This document shows positions 45,626 through 55,317 of a stretch of 62,749 bases of DNA, piece by piece; position 1 is the stretch's first letter; each line of letters begins with the position of its first letter. The notes below the pieces were generated by a model that saw only the letters and a list, made by a program, of their open reading frames with translations, was not told the origin of the DNA and searched no databases. This DNA is from a virus (Duplodnaviria > Caudoviricetes). The stretch covers positions 1 through 62,749 of the IMG/VR virus record IMGVR_UViG_3300042520_000420. One strand, 5' to 3'. A program made the position numbers and the translations under genes.

Positions 45626-46560
45626 TGGCATACACCACCGGCACATCAATCTTTGATATGGACTTTACGGAGATCGCCGAAGAATCGTGGGAACGTGCTG
45701 GGCGTGAAATGCGTAGTGGTTATGACTTGCGTACAGCCCGCAGGTCAATGAACCTAATGACCATTGAGTGGCAAAACCGTGGCATTAACATGTGGACAAT
45801 TGAACAGGGAACTATTGACCTTGTTCAGGGTTTAAACACCTACCCGCTTCCTACTGACACGATTGATCTGATGGAGCATGTAATTCGCACCGGTCAGGCA
45901 AATTCTTCTACTCAAGCCGATCTAAGCATTACCCGTATCAGCGTTTCTACCTATGCCACCATTCCAAACAAATTAACCCAAGCAAGACCAATTCAAGTTT
46001 TTATCCAAAGGTTGTCTGGTCAGACCAGTATGACGCAGTTGACCTTGAATGGGTCGATTAACGCCACAGCCACAACTATCACATTAAATTCAACAATTGG
46101 ATTGGCTGCTGCTGGGTACATTCAATTGGACTCAGAGATCATCTATTACCAGTACATCACTGGAAATGTTTTAAATGTCTGCTCTCGTGCGCAAGCAAAT
46201 ACAGTTGCAGCGTCACACACCACTAGCACCTCTGTTTATGTTCCTCAACTTCCTGCTATAACCGTTTGGCCCACGCCTGACGGCTCAACAAGCTACCAAT
46301 TCGTATATTGGCGATTGCGTAGAGTGCAGGACGCTGGTTCAGGCGTAACCACAGCCGACATGAATTTTCGCTTCCTGCCATGCCTTGTAGCTGGCTTGGC
46401 TTACTACATAGCCATGAAAGTGCCAGAGCTTGTGACACGCATGGATATGCTGAAAATGGCATACGAAGAGCAATTCCAATTGGCGGCAGGCGAGGACAGG
46501 GAAAAGGCTTCCAGCTTGTTTGTTCCTCGCCAGCAATTCATTGGTGGAGGATCTCCCTAA
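45625..46560 (+). CDS. Head-tail adaptor/head completion protein
   Basis: TARRSMNL...WQNRGINMWT...WPTPD...RFLPCLVAGLAYY. Confidence 0.7.
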   Translation: MAYTTGTSIFDMDFTEIAEESWERAGREMRSGYDLRTARRSMNLMTIEWQNRGINMWTIEQGTIDLVQGLNTYPLPTDTIDLMEHVIRTGQANSSTQADLSITRISVSTYATIPNKLTQARPIQVFIQRLSGQTSMTQLTLNGSINATATTITLNSTIGLAAAGYIQLDSEIIYYQYITGNVLNVCSRAQANTVAASHTTSTSVYVPQLPAITVWPTPDGSTSYQFVYWRLRRVQDAGSGVTTADMNFRFLPCLVAGLAYYIAMKVPELVTRMDMLKMAYEEQFQLAAGEDREKASSLFVPRQQFIGGGSP

Positions 46561-46976
46561 TGGCTAATATGTTCTCGTCAGGCAAGTTCAGCATTGCAAT
46601 GTGTGACCGTTGTGGTCAGCAGTTCAAGCTGAAGCAGCTTAAGTACGAGGTCATTAAAACCAAGCTTTACCAATTGAAGGTTTGCAGTGAATGCTGGGAT
46701 CCTGATCACCCTCAATTGCAGCTAGGTATGTATCCAGTAGAGGATCCGCAGGCAGTCAGGGAGCCACGCAATGACAGCACATATGTAGCCGCTGGTTTAA
46801 ACGGATTGCAGGATTCGCCTACTGAGGCTGACAATGGATTCCCAACAGGCGGATCACGAGATATTCAATGGGGCTGGTATCCAGTCGGAGGATCCAAGAG
46901 TTTTGATGCGGTTTTAACGCCCAACTACTTGGTTGGAACCGCTGACGTTGGCAATGTAACTGTAAGCATCACTTAG
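46560..46976 (+). CDS. Zn-finger protein of the neck module
   Basis: CDRCG...VCSECWDPDHPQL. Confidence 0.7.
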   Translation: MANMFSSGKFSIAMCDRCGQQFKLKQLKYEVIKTKLYQLKVCSECWDPDHPQLQLGMYPVEDPQAVREPRNDSTYVAAGLNGLQDSPTEADNGFPTGGSRDIQWGWYPVGGSKSFDAVLTPNYLVGTADVGNVTVSIT

Positions 46977-46985
46977 GAGTGGAAA

Positions 46986-47171
46986 ATGAAAAAATCGGAA
47001 GTAAAGCGCATCGCTGATGTTGAAGCTGGCAAGGCTGTCAAAGGCCATGAAAAGTCTATGCACGGTGTAAAAAAGATGGCAAAAGGCGGCAAAACAAACG
47101 AAAATATGCGCATGTATGGTCGTGGCATGGCTAAGGTGATCAATCAACGCACATCTTCAAAGGGTGGCTAA
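46986..47171 (+). CDS. Small basic protein
   Basis: HEKSMHG...MAKGG...GRGMAK. Confidence 0.6.
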   Translation: MKKSEVKRIADVEAGKAVKGHEKSMHGVKKMAKGGKTNENMRMYGRGMAKVINQRTSSKGG

Positions 47172-47172
47172 T

Positions 47173-47442
47173 ATGGCAAAATTCAGCAAAAAGATAATGG
47201 GCAAAGAAGTTGGCGATGCCAGCGTTTACGCCGAGCCTCATACTATGGATGGCAAGCCGCTCACAAAAACACGACAGAAGGATCCAAACATGCTTACAGC
47301 ATTGGAGTCTGGTGTGCGGTCTGCCGCTAAAAGAGTGAGCGATGGAGACCCCGGCGCTGATGATGTAAAGACAACTGGTATCAAGATCCGTGGTACTGGC
47401 GCAGCCACCAAAGGCGTGATGGCTAGAGGCCCAATGGCATGA
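47173..47442 (+). CDS. Small protein with a C-terminal RGTGAATKG motif
   Basis: KTTGIKIRGTGAATKG. Confidence 0.6.
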   Translation: MAKFSKKIMGKEVGDASVYAEPHTMDGKPLTKTRQKDPNMLTALESGVRSAAKRVSDGDPGADDVKTTGIKIRGTGAATKGVMARGPMA

Positions 47443-48092
47443 CTTACAACGAATTGGTCATTGCAGTGAGTGACTACTGTGAGAACACGTTTCCCACGGT
47501 GGACATGAACATAATGATTAAGCAAGCTGAACAGCGTATATATAACACTGTTCAGATAGCGAATCTGCGCAAGAACATGACTGGTACTATTACCGCTGGT
47601 AATCCGTATCTGTCTGCGCCTGATGATTTCTTGTCTGCTTATTCGTTGGCGGTGATTAGTGGAAGCGATTATCTTTATTTGTTGAATAAGGATGTGAACT
47701 TCATGCGTGAGGCGTATCCAAGCACGGCAGCGGCCTATCGTGGCAAGCCTAAGCACTATGCTATTTTTGGCCCACAATCAAATGCCGTTACCGAGTTATC
47801 GTTTCTTCTTGGCCCAACACCAGACACAACGTATTCAGTAGAGCTGCACTTCTACTATTACCCTGAGTCCATTGTTACAGCCAGCACCACTTGGCTTGGG
47901 GATAACTTTGACTCTGCTCTTTTGAATGGAACGATGGTTGAAGCTATTCGCTACATGAAGGGTGAACCAGATATGGTCAAGTTTTACCAAGACATGTATG
48001 TGCAGTCTATTACCTTGCTCAAGAACTTGGGTGATGGCAAGCAACGTGCAGATGCTTATCGTGATGGTCAAGTTCGGATTCAGGTAAATTAA
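47439..48092 (+). CDS. Adaptor/tail tubular A-like protein
   Basis: MTYNEL...AEQRIYN...GKPKHYA...GPTPD...ALLNG. Confidence 0.7.
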   Translation: MTYNELVIAVSDYCENTFPTVDMNIMIKQAEQRIYNTVQIANLRKNMTGTITAGNPYLSAPDDFLSAYSLAVISGSDYLYLLNKDVNFMREAYPSTAAAYRGKPKHYAIFGPQSNAVTELSFLLGPTPDTTYSVELHFYYYPESIVTASTTWLGDNFDSALLNGTMVEAIRYMKGEPDMVKFYQDMYVQSITLLKNLGDGKQRADAYRDGQVRIQVN

Positions 48093-48514
48093 TGTCAATA
48101 GTCCAAACTCAGACAACAAGCTTCAAGGCAGAGCTGTATCAAGGCATTCACGATCTGACAACAGATGTAATAAAAATTGCTTTGTACACAGCTAATGTAA
48201 ATTTAAACGCAGAAACTACTGCTTATTCAGCCACCAACGAAGCAAGTGGCGGCAACTATGTGGCGGGTGGATCTATATTGACACCAATCACGGTGAATAG
48301 CTCAGGATACACGGCGTATGTTGGATTTCCAAATGTGTCGTGGACTGGAGCTATAACTGCAAGATGCGCATTAATCTATAACTCAAGCAAAGCAAACAAG
48401 TCTGTTGCTGTTTTGGATTTTGGGTCAGACAAAGTGTCCACATCGGGCGGTACATTTTTAATCACGATGCCACCAAACACGGCAACAGAAGCACTTATTA
48501 GGAGTTCAAATTGA
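48092..48514 (+). CDS. Tail structural protein
   Basis: TSFKAEL...KIALYT...ALIYNSS...AVLDFG. Confidence 0.65.
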   Translation: MSIVQTQTTSFKAELYQGIHDLTTDVIKIALYTANVNLNAETTAYSATNEASGGNYVAGGSILTPITVNSSGYTAYVGFPNVSWTGAITARCALIYNSSKANKSVAVLDFGSDKVSTSGGTFLITMPPNTATEALIRSSN

Positions 48515-48705
48515 TTGTTACCACTACCAAAGGCGAGATGGATGACTCATTGCTGGAGAAGCGTGAGGGTACTGTGGACAACGATAATGAATTGACCACA
48601 TGGATAGAGTATTGGTTGGAGGGTGAACTTGTCCACCGCTCTGCTCATGTGACCTTAAAGAAACCACTGGCATTCGTTGGTGGCGAAACAGCATCAATTG
48701 GTTAA
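48511..48705 (+). CDS. Small hypothetical protein
   Basis: TTKGEMDDSLLEK...EYWLEGELVHRS. Confidence 0.6.
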   Translation: MIVTTTKGEMDDSLLEKREGTVDNDNELTTWIEYWLEGELVHRSAHVTLKKPLAFVGGETASIG

Positions 48706-48717
48706 AGGAGAAATAAA

Positions 48718-49194
48718 GTGGCAAACACCCAATCAATGTGTACTTCGTTTATGGGCGAGTTGATGACTGCGACTCATAACTTTGGCACTGCACCCATACG
48801 GGCATCAGGCGCTACAGACGCTTTCAAGGCGGCGTTATACCTAGCATCGGCTACCGTAAATGCAGCCACGACTGCGTACACAGTCAGTGGTGAAGTATCT
48901 GGTGCGGGTTATGCGGCTGGAGGTGTGGCGGTGACTATGGCAACCCCTCCAACGGCAACAAACTCTTCGGCAACGGCGGGGGTGGCTTTTGTCACACCTT
49001 CTGCGTCAATCACATACACCACGGTAACTTTGACCACGGCGTTTGATGCGGTGCTGATCTACAACTCAACACAGAGCGATAAGGCTGTCAGCGTCCACAC
49101 GTTTGGTTCACAGACCATTACGGCGGGTACTTTCACTTTGACTATGCCTGCAAACACTACATCAACCGCTTTGCTGCGTTTGGCAACTACTTAA
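48718..49194 (+). CDS. Tail structural protein, paralogous to 48092-48514
   Basis: TSFMGEL...KAALY...LIYNST...HTFG...GTFTLTMP. Confidence 0.65.
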   Translation: MANTQSMCTSFMGELMTATHNFGTAPIRASGATDAFKAALYLASATVNAATTAYTVSGEVSGAGYAAGGVAVTMATPPTATNSSATAGVAFVTPSASITYTTVTLTTAFDAVLIYNSTQSDKAVSVHTFGSQTITAGTFTLTMPANTTSTALLRLATT

Positions 49195-49203
49195 GGGTAG
49201 GTC

Positions 49204-50115
49204 ATGTCTCTCGGCTGGGGCGACAGTACTTGGGGCGCAAACGGCTGGGGCGGCACTCTTGAAGCAACCGGAGATGAAGCAACAGGAGCCGTTGGAACAG
49301 TTGCGCCGGTCATTACTGTTGCATTAAGTGGGGTTCTAGCTTCTGGGAATGTTGGGACTGTTGTTGAGACAAATAACCCAACGGAAGACGGCAATATTGC
49401 TTACGGAAACGTGGGCAACGCCGCACCTGTTCTCACAATTGCTTTAACTGGGACTGCGGCATCGGGTGGGGTCGGGACAGTTACCGTTGCGGAAAGATCG
49501 TTTGCAATTACAGGCGTTGCGGCTTCTGGCGATGCTGGGATAGCGACTCCCAACACAACAATTGCGCTGTTTGGTGTATCGGCAGCGGGATTAGTTGGAA
49601 CGGTAACGGTCGCAGAAAGATCATTGGCCCTTGCCGGGGTGTCAGCTACTGGTGCAGTTGGGGTGATGACCCCCAGTACGTCCGAAGGGGAAGATGGTGA
49701 GGTAGCCTATGGTTTTGCCGGGGATGTAGGGAATGCTCGCACAGTTGCTTTGACAGGTGTCTCTGCCGCTGGTGCAGTAGGTACGGTCATCCACAGCAAA
49801 GATGTTTCCCTCACTGGTAACGTTTCCACTGGGGCTGTTGGATCGGTGGGAGGGAGCGAAAAAGTCTTATCGCTGACAGGCAACCAAGCACAAGGATATG
49901 TTGGAACTCTGATTGCGGTTTATTGGAAGATAATTGACGATAGTCAGACGGCGGATTGGGGGACAATCTCTAACATACAAACGGCTGATTGGTCAAATAT
50001 AGATGACACGCAGGCCGCAAACTGGCAAAATATCAGCAACCCGCAAACTCCCGGCTGGTCGTTGATTGATGATGAACAAACCCCGAATTGGGAAGAAATT
50101 GAGGTAACAACATGA
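49204..50115 (+). CDS. Repetitive tail-associated protein
   Basis: LTGVxAxGxVG repeats; Trp-containing repeats at both ends. Confidence 0.6.
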   Translation: MSLGWGDSTWGANGWGGTLEATGDEATGAVGTVAPVITVALSGVLASGNVGTVVETNNPTEDGNIAYGNVGNAAPVLTIALTGTAASGGVGTVTVAERSFAITGVAASGDAGIATPNTTIALFGVSAAGLVGTVTVAERSLALAGVSATGAVGVMTPSTSEGEDGEVAYGFAGDVGNARTVALTGVSAAGAVGTVIHSKDVSLTGNVSTGAVGSVGGSEKVLSLTGNQAQGYVGTLIAVYWKIIDDSQTADWGTISNIQTADWSNIDDTQAANWQNISNPQTPGWSLIDDEQTPNWEEIEVTT

Positions 50116-53100
50116 CGACAGCATATACATCACTTTTGGGTCTAGCCTTACCCGTTACCGGCGAACTGTCCGGCACATGGGGCGACACGGTAAATAACAG
50201 CATTACCTCGCTGCTCGACTCAGCTATTGCGGGTACTCAAACACTTACAGCCGATACCACGCTGACCACAACCACGGGTGCAGCCAATCAGTCCCGTCAG
50301 GCGATTCTGTTGTGTTCACCGGCCTCAGCGAACATCACCATCACGGCTCCTGCTCAGTCCAAGATTTACACGGTCATCAACACCTCTGCTGTTTACACGG
50401 TGAAGATTCGTGGCGTTGGCCCGACCACAGGCGTGACCTTGGCTGTCAGCGAGTCTGCTGTTGTGGCTTGGAACGGAACAGACTTTATCCGCATCAGCAG
50501 TAATAGTGCCACCACTGGTAACTTTACCGTCAATGGCAATTTGATCGTTACGGGAAACACCACCCTTGGCGATGCCGACACTGACACCATCACCCAAACG
50601 GCTTCTTACGTCACAGGCACTCAGCTTAAATCAGCAAAGACAGCAACCAATACGTTAAACCTTGCCGCTTATGACACAGACGGTGCAGCATACACAAACT
50701 TAATCACATTAACTGCCAGCACTACACCTACGCTTGCGTTGACTTCAACAGGTGTTGGCACGATTAATAATATGTCCATTGGTGCTACGACAGCTTCAAC
50801 TGGTGCATTTACCTCGCTCACAGCATCTACTACTTTGGGTGTGACAGGTATCTCCACCTTAACTGCTGGAGCAGTTGTTGAAGGACTCACAGTAGGCAGA
50901 GGCGCTAGTGCTGTTGCAACCAATACAGTAGTTGGCACAACTGCTTTAGCAGCTAATACGTCAGGCAGTAACAATTCGGCATTTGGAACACAATCACTTC
51001 AAGCAAATACAACTGGAGCAGAAAACTCTGCTTTTGGTCTTTATTCTCTTTTAGGTAATACTACAGGAAGCAACAATTCTGCTTTTGGTCGAGGTGCTTT
51101 GCAAGCAAACACCACCGCCTCCAACAATACTGCTGTAGGTTATCAGTCCCTAACTGCCAATACCACAGGAACTGAAAATAATAGTTTTGGCAACTTAGCG
51201 TTATTTACCAATACAACTGGTTCTCAAAACAATGCTTTTGGTACAGGAACTTTACAAGCCAATACAACTGCAAGTTATAACAATGCGTTTGGAAAGCAAG
51301 CACTTTTAGCCAATACAACAGGTTCAGCAAACTGTGCTTTTGGGCATCAATCGCTTTTGTCTAATACTACTGGAAATACCAATGTAGCTTTTGGTGGCAC
51401 AGACCTAGCTACTGGTGCGGCTTTACAGTTAAACACTACAGGTTCTGCTAATACTGCTATAGGTGCTGGTGCTTTAAAGTCCAACACCACAGCCTCTAAC
51501 AATACTGCTGTTGGGTTTCAAGCGGGGAATGGCAGTACGACTGGTATCAACATAGTAGCCATTGGTTATCAGGCAATGAATGGCGTAAATACAGGCAATT
51601 CAAATAATGCCGTTGGCTACCAAGCATTGTTTGCAAACACCAGCGGCACACAAAATAGTTCCTTTGGCACGCAAAGTTTACTTGCCAATACTACGGGTGG
51701 CTTTAATACAGCACTAGGCAACGAGGCTCTTAAAGCCAACACCACATCCTCTGGCAACACTGCTGTAGGATATCAGGCGGGTTTCAGTCAAACCATAGTA
51801 AGCTCAACATACCCAAGCACATATTTGGGGTATCAAGCTGGCTATACCAACGTAACTGGTGTTGCTAACACTGCTGTTGGCGCTTCTGCTCTTTATGCAA
51901 ATACAGGTGATAACAATACAGGTATTGGACAGGGTGCATTGAGAGCCAATACAACAGCCATTAATAATACAGCGGTTGGTTCTTTTGCTTTAAATGTAAA
52001 CACAACTGGCAATAACAATACATCTGTTGGTCAAGGTGCTTTGCCTACAAATACAACAGGGTCTAGCAACACAGCTATTGGTCAGGCCTCCCTCTTTTCC
52101 AACACCACAGCCGCTAACAATACTGCTGTAGGTTATCAGGCGATGTACAACAACACAGGACAAAGTTCGGATGCCTTTGGCGCACAGGCTTTGTACAGTT
52201 TGACAACTGGCTCACAAAATCAAGCATTTGGTCGTGAGGCTCTTTATTCGACCACCACAGGTAGCAATAACGTAGCTATGGGTCGTTCCGCTCTTCAAGC
52301 CAACACCACAGCCAGCAACAACACTGCTGTGGGCTATCAGTCATTGCTTGCAAACACCACAGCAGGAAACAACACTGCGGTAGGTTTTCAGTCATTGCTT
52401 GCCAACACCACGGGAACTGACCATACTGCTGTTGGTAAAAGCGCTTTGGCTTCAAACACAACTGGTTTATACAATACTGCCGTTGGGTTTAGTGCATTAA
52501 CTTCAAATACAACTGCTTCTCAAAACAACGCATTTGGTTATCAAGCGTTAAATGCAAATACGACTGGGTCTAACAACAATGCTTTCGGCTTGCAAGCCCT
52601 TGCCGCCAACACCACAGGCGCAAGCAACACGGCTTTTGGGCATACAGCACTTACTGCCAACACCACAGGCGCAAGCAACACTGCCATTGGTTTGCAAGCC
52701 TTAGACTCAAACACCACAGCCTCTGCCAACACTGCTGTAGGCACTAACGCTTTAACCGCTGTAACTACGTCTCCATCCAACACCGCCGTAGGTAATGCAG
52801 CACTTGCAAGCGTAACAACAGGTAGTGGCGAAAACGTAGGTATTGGCAATCGTGCAGGTTTCGCTATTACAACAGGCCAACAAAACATCATTATTGGTGA
52901 CAATGCCGCCGCTAGTAGTGCTACTGGTACGTTTTCAGGTGTCGTCATCATTGGAGACAATGCAGGCCTTGTTAACACTGCAAGTGACAACGTATTTATT
53001 GGTATCGTGGCAGGTACGGCAAATACTACTGGTAATAACTTAGTTGCTGTCGGCGCAAATGCTCTTGACGCAAACACTAGCGGGGTAAGCAATACTGGAG

Positions 53101-54026
53101 TTGGCTCAAATTCATTGGGCGCAAACACAACTGGCGGTAGCAACAGTGCCTTGGGTTATCTGTCTTTATTTGCAAACACAACTGGAACAAATAACGCCGC
53201 ATTAGGAAGGTCGGCCTTAGAACAAAATACAACTGGCGCAACCAATACTGCGTTTGGTGCTAACGCTCTTGCCGCTAACACCACAGCATCTAACAACACT
53301 GCTGTAGGTTATCAGGCTTTGGATGCTAACACTACAGGTGATTCTCATGCCGCTGTCGGTGTTAATTCGCTTGGTGCAGTTACTACAGCCACTCATTGCA
53401 CTGCTGTTGGTATTGATTCGGGTGTTGCAGTTACAACTGGAGTAGATAACACTTGCATTGGAAGTAATGCTGGTAATAACATTACAACAGGCGCTCAAAA
53501 TACTTGTGTTGGTCGTCTTGCTAGAACAAGCGCAGTTGGCTCAAATCGCCAAATTGTTATAGGTTATAACTTAACAGGACAGGCTGATTCAAATGTAACT
53601 CTTGGCGCTGACACAGGAAAAATCTACAATGCGTTCACAGTAAATGCTACTTGGACACAAACATCTGATGGACGGATGAAGAAAAACATCCAAGAAGATA
53701 CTCTTGGTTTGTCCTTTATAAATCGTTTAAGACCAGTCAAATACGAATGGAAAGCAAGCAACGAACTTGATAAAGATAACTCATATTATGCGGAAGAAAA
53801 TAAACGCACAACTGGCGTTGTCATGCACGGACTTATTGCTCAAGAAGTCAAGGCGGCTCTTGATGCAGAGGGTGTAGATACTTTTGCTGGTTGGGATATG
53901 GGAGCAGATGGCATACAGGCAATCAGCCGTGAGATGTTTATAAGCCCACTAATCAAAGCAATCCAAGAACAGCAAGCCCTCATCACAGCCCTGACAGCAC
54001 GAATCACCGCACTCGAATCCACTTAA
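50112..54026 (+). CDS. Long tail fibre with 16-aa NTTGxxNTAxGxxAL repeats and a C-terminal intramolecular chaperone (peptidase S74)
   Basis: About 50 tandem repeats; TSDGRMKKNI...LRPVKYEW...GLIAQEV...LIKAIQEQQ. Confidence 0.85.
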   Translation: MTTAYTSLLGLALPVTGELSGTWGDTVNNSITSLLDSAIAGTQTLTADTTLTTTTGAANQSRQAILLCSPASANITITAPAQSKIYTVINTSAVYTVKIRGVGPTTGVTLAVSESAVVAWNGTDFIRISSNSATTGNFTVNGNLIVTGNTTLGDADTDTITQTASYVTGTQLKSAKTATNTLNLAAYDTDGAAYTNLITLTASTTPTLALTSTGVGTINNMSIGATTASTGAFTSLTASTTLGVTGISTLTAGAVVEGLTVGRGASAVATNTVVGTTALAANTSGSNNSAFGTQSLQANTTGAENSAFGLYSLLGNTTGSNNSAFGRGALQANTTASNNTAVGYQSLTANTTGTENNSFGNLALFTNTTGSQNNAFGTGTLQANTTASYNNAFGKQALLANTTGSANCAFGHQSLLSNTTGNTNVAFGGTDLATGAALQLNTTGSANTAIGAGALKSNTTASNNTAVGFQAGNGSTTGINIVAIGYQAMNGVNTGNSNNAVGYQALFANTSGTQNSSFGTQSLLANTTGGFNTALGNEALKANTTSSGNTAVGYQAGFSQTIVSSTYPSTYLGYQAGYTNVTGVANTAVGASALYANTGDNNTGIGQGALRANTTAINNTAVGSFALNVNTTGNNNTSVGQGALPTNTTGSSNTAIGQASLFSNTTAANNTAVGYQAMYNNTGQSSDAFGAQALYSLTTGSQNQAFGREALYSTTTGSNNVAMGRSALQANTTASNNTAVGYQSLLANTTAGNNTAVGFQSLLANTTGTDHTAVGKSALASNTTGLYNTAVGFSALTSNTTASQNNAFGYQALNANTTGSNNNAFGLQALAANTTGASNTAFGHTALTANTTGASNTAIGLQALDSNTTASANTAVGTNALTAVTTSPSNTAVGNAALASVTTGSGENVGIGNRAGFAITTGQQNIIIGDNAAASSATGTFSGVVIIGDNAGLVNTASDNVFIGIVAGTANTTGNNLVAVGANALDANTSGVSNTGVGSNSLGANTTGGSNSALGYLSLFANTTGTNNAALGRSALEQNTTGATNTAFGANALAANTTASNNTAVGYQALDANTTGDSHAAVGVNSLGAVTTATHCTAVGIDSGVAVTTGVDNTCIGSNAGNNITTGAQNTCVGRLARTSAVGSNRQIVIGYNLTGQADSNVTLGADTGKIYNAFTVNATWTQTSDGRMKKNIQEDTLGLSFINRLRPVKYEWKASNELDKDNSYYAEENKRTTGVVMHGLIAQEVKAALDAEGVDTFAGWDMGADGIQAISREMFISPLIKAIQEQQALITALTARITALEST

Positions 54027-54044
54027 CCATAAAGGAGCTTAAAA

Positions 54045-54257
54045 ATGGAAATTGAAATCACAGCAGAACAAATTGCACAGCATTACTCTGCCGCTATGGA
54101 CAGCGTAAACCTCATCAATGCAGGTCAGCCAGAAGGCATGACAGCAGAAGATTGGGCAGATTGCTTGTCACGCAACAAAGAGCATTTGAAGATTATGCTT
54201 GCCAAAGATTTTTGGACAACAGAGAATCTGACTCCATTGCGTACAGCATCAGCATAA
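54045..54257 (+). CDS. Fibre-associated small protein
   Basis: AAMDSVNLI...RNKEHLKIML; AAGGAG RBS. Confidence 0.65.
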   Translation: MEIEITAEQIAQHYSAAMDSVNLINAGQPEGMTAEDWADCLSRNKEHLKIMLAKDFWTTENLTPLRTASA

Positions 54258-54302
54258 GGGGTACTCACCGCTGCCCCATCTCAGCGGTGCTTTGGAGAAA
54301 CC

Positions 54303-54470
54303 ATGAACGACAAAAAAATTGAACTGACCTTGGGTCTGGTGAATGCTGTTTTGCAGTATTTGGGTACACGCCCCTATGCTGAAGTGGCTGACATTATCCA
54401 AGCCATTCGGGAGCAAGCTATTCCCCAAGTGCCAATGCCTGAAGCCAAAGCTGAAGAAGCTGCGGAGTAA
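54303..54470 (+). CDS. Small protein (not in the ORF track)
   Basis: VNAVLQYLGTRPYAEVADII; GGAG RBS. Confidence 0.65.
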   Translation: MNDKKIELTLGLVNAVLQYLGTRPYAEVADIIQAIREQAIPQVPMPEAKAEEAAE

Positions 54471-54472
54471 TC

Positions 54473-55150
54473 ATTGATCCTCTCAGCATTCTTTTTGCCG
54501 CCAATGCTTGTGTCGCTGCTATCAAGCAGGGATGCAAGCTATACAAAGACGCTAAAACGTCTTTCATGGAGATCAAAAAGACTGTTAATGAGGTCGCTGA
54601 GATATATAAGGAAGTTACTGGGTTTTGGAGTAAATTTAGTAACTTCTTCAAGTCCAGCGACAAGCCCGCCCCGACCAAGCCTGTGGCGAAAAAGGAAGCC
54701 TATGTCGCCGTTGACGAAACCCAAGTCATGGCAGACATCGTTGTCCAGCTATCCCAATTTTTCAAACTGCAAGAACAGCTTGCCGATCACATAAGGGAAG
54801 AGGAAGAGAAGAGCAAATCAGTCTACGACCCTGACGCTAATCTGATGGAAGCCGCCCTTAAGCGGGTCATGGCTCAAGACCAGATGGCGTTGCTGGAGAC
54901 TGAGATTAGAGAAGCAATGGTGTACGGCGCTCCTAAAGAGATGGGAGCTTTGTATAGCAAAGTGTTTGATATGCGGGATGTCATTAAGGTAGAGCAGGAC
55001 AAAGCAAGGAAGAAGCGGGATGATGAATCATGGCAACGCAGGGAAGAGGAGCGGCTCCTAAAAGAAAGGCAGGCGTATCTGCTGGCGACTTTCCTATTCC
55101 TCCTATATATGTGGTTGCTCCTCGGCCTCTTGCACAGGATTGGGAAATAG
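54473..55150 (+). CDS. Coiled-coil protein with a C-terminal transmembrane helix; probable ATT start
   Basis: Frame open from 54473 (IDPLSILFAANAC...) behind GGAG; the track uses the internal ATG at 54566. Confidence 0.6.
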   Translation: MDPLSILFAANACVAAIKQGCKLYKDAKTSFMEIKKTVNEVAEIYKEVTGFWSKFSNFFKSSDKPAPTKPVAKKEAYVAVDETQVMADIVVQLSQFFKLQEQLADHIREEEEKSKSVYDPDANLMEAALKRVMAQDQMALLETEIREAMVYGAPKEMGALYSKVFDMRDVIKVEQDKARKKRDDESWQRREEERLLKERQAYLLATFLFLLYMWLLLGLLHRIGK

Positions 55151-55317
55151 TTGTGGGGTGGATTGCAGCTTGTGTTCTTGTAGTATTGTTGCTGCCGCTG
55201 ATTGGAATGCTGTACATGGATGTGCTGCAAACCAAAAAGGAAGCCCAAGCGCAGATTGAGAAGATGGAAAAGTTACGCAGAGAAGTTGAACAACAGAAAC
55301 GTGGGGAAGAAAAATGA
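55030..55317 (+). CDS. Membrane protein (start uncertain)
   Basis: Hydrophobic helix followed by coiled-coil. Confidence 0.45.
   Translation: MATQGRGAAPKRKAGVSAGDFPIPPIYVVAPRPLAQDWEIVVGWIAACVLVVLLLPLIGMLYMDVLQTKKEAQAQIEKMEKLRREVEQQKRGEEK

Noticed and set aside
50112-54026. Diversity-generating retroelement target
   Set aside because: I saw no reverse transcriptase and no adenine-specific template/variable repeat pair.
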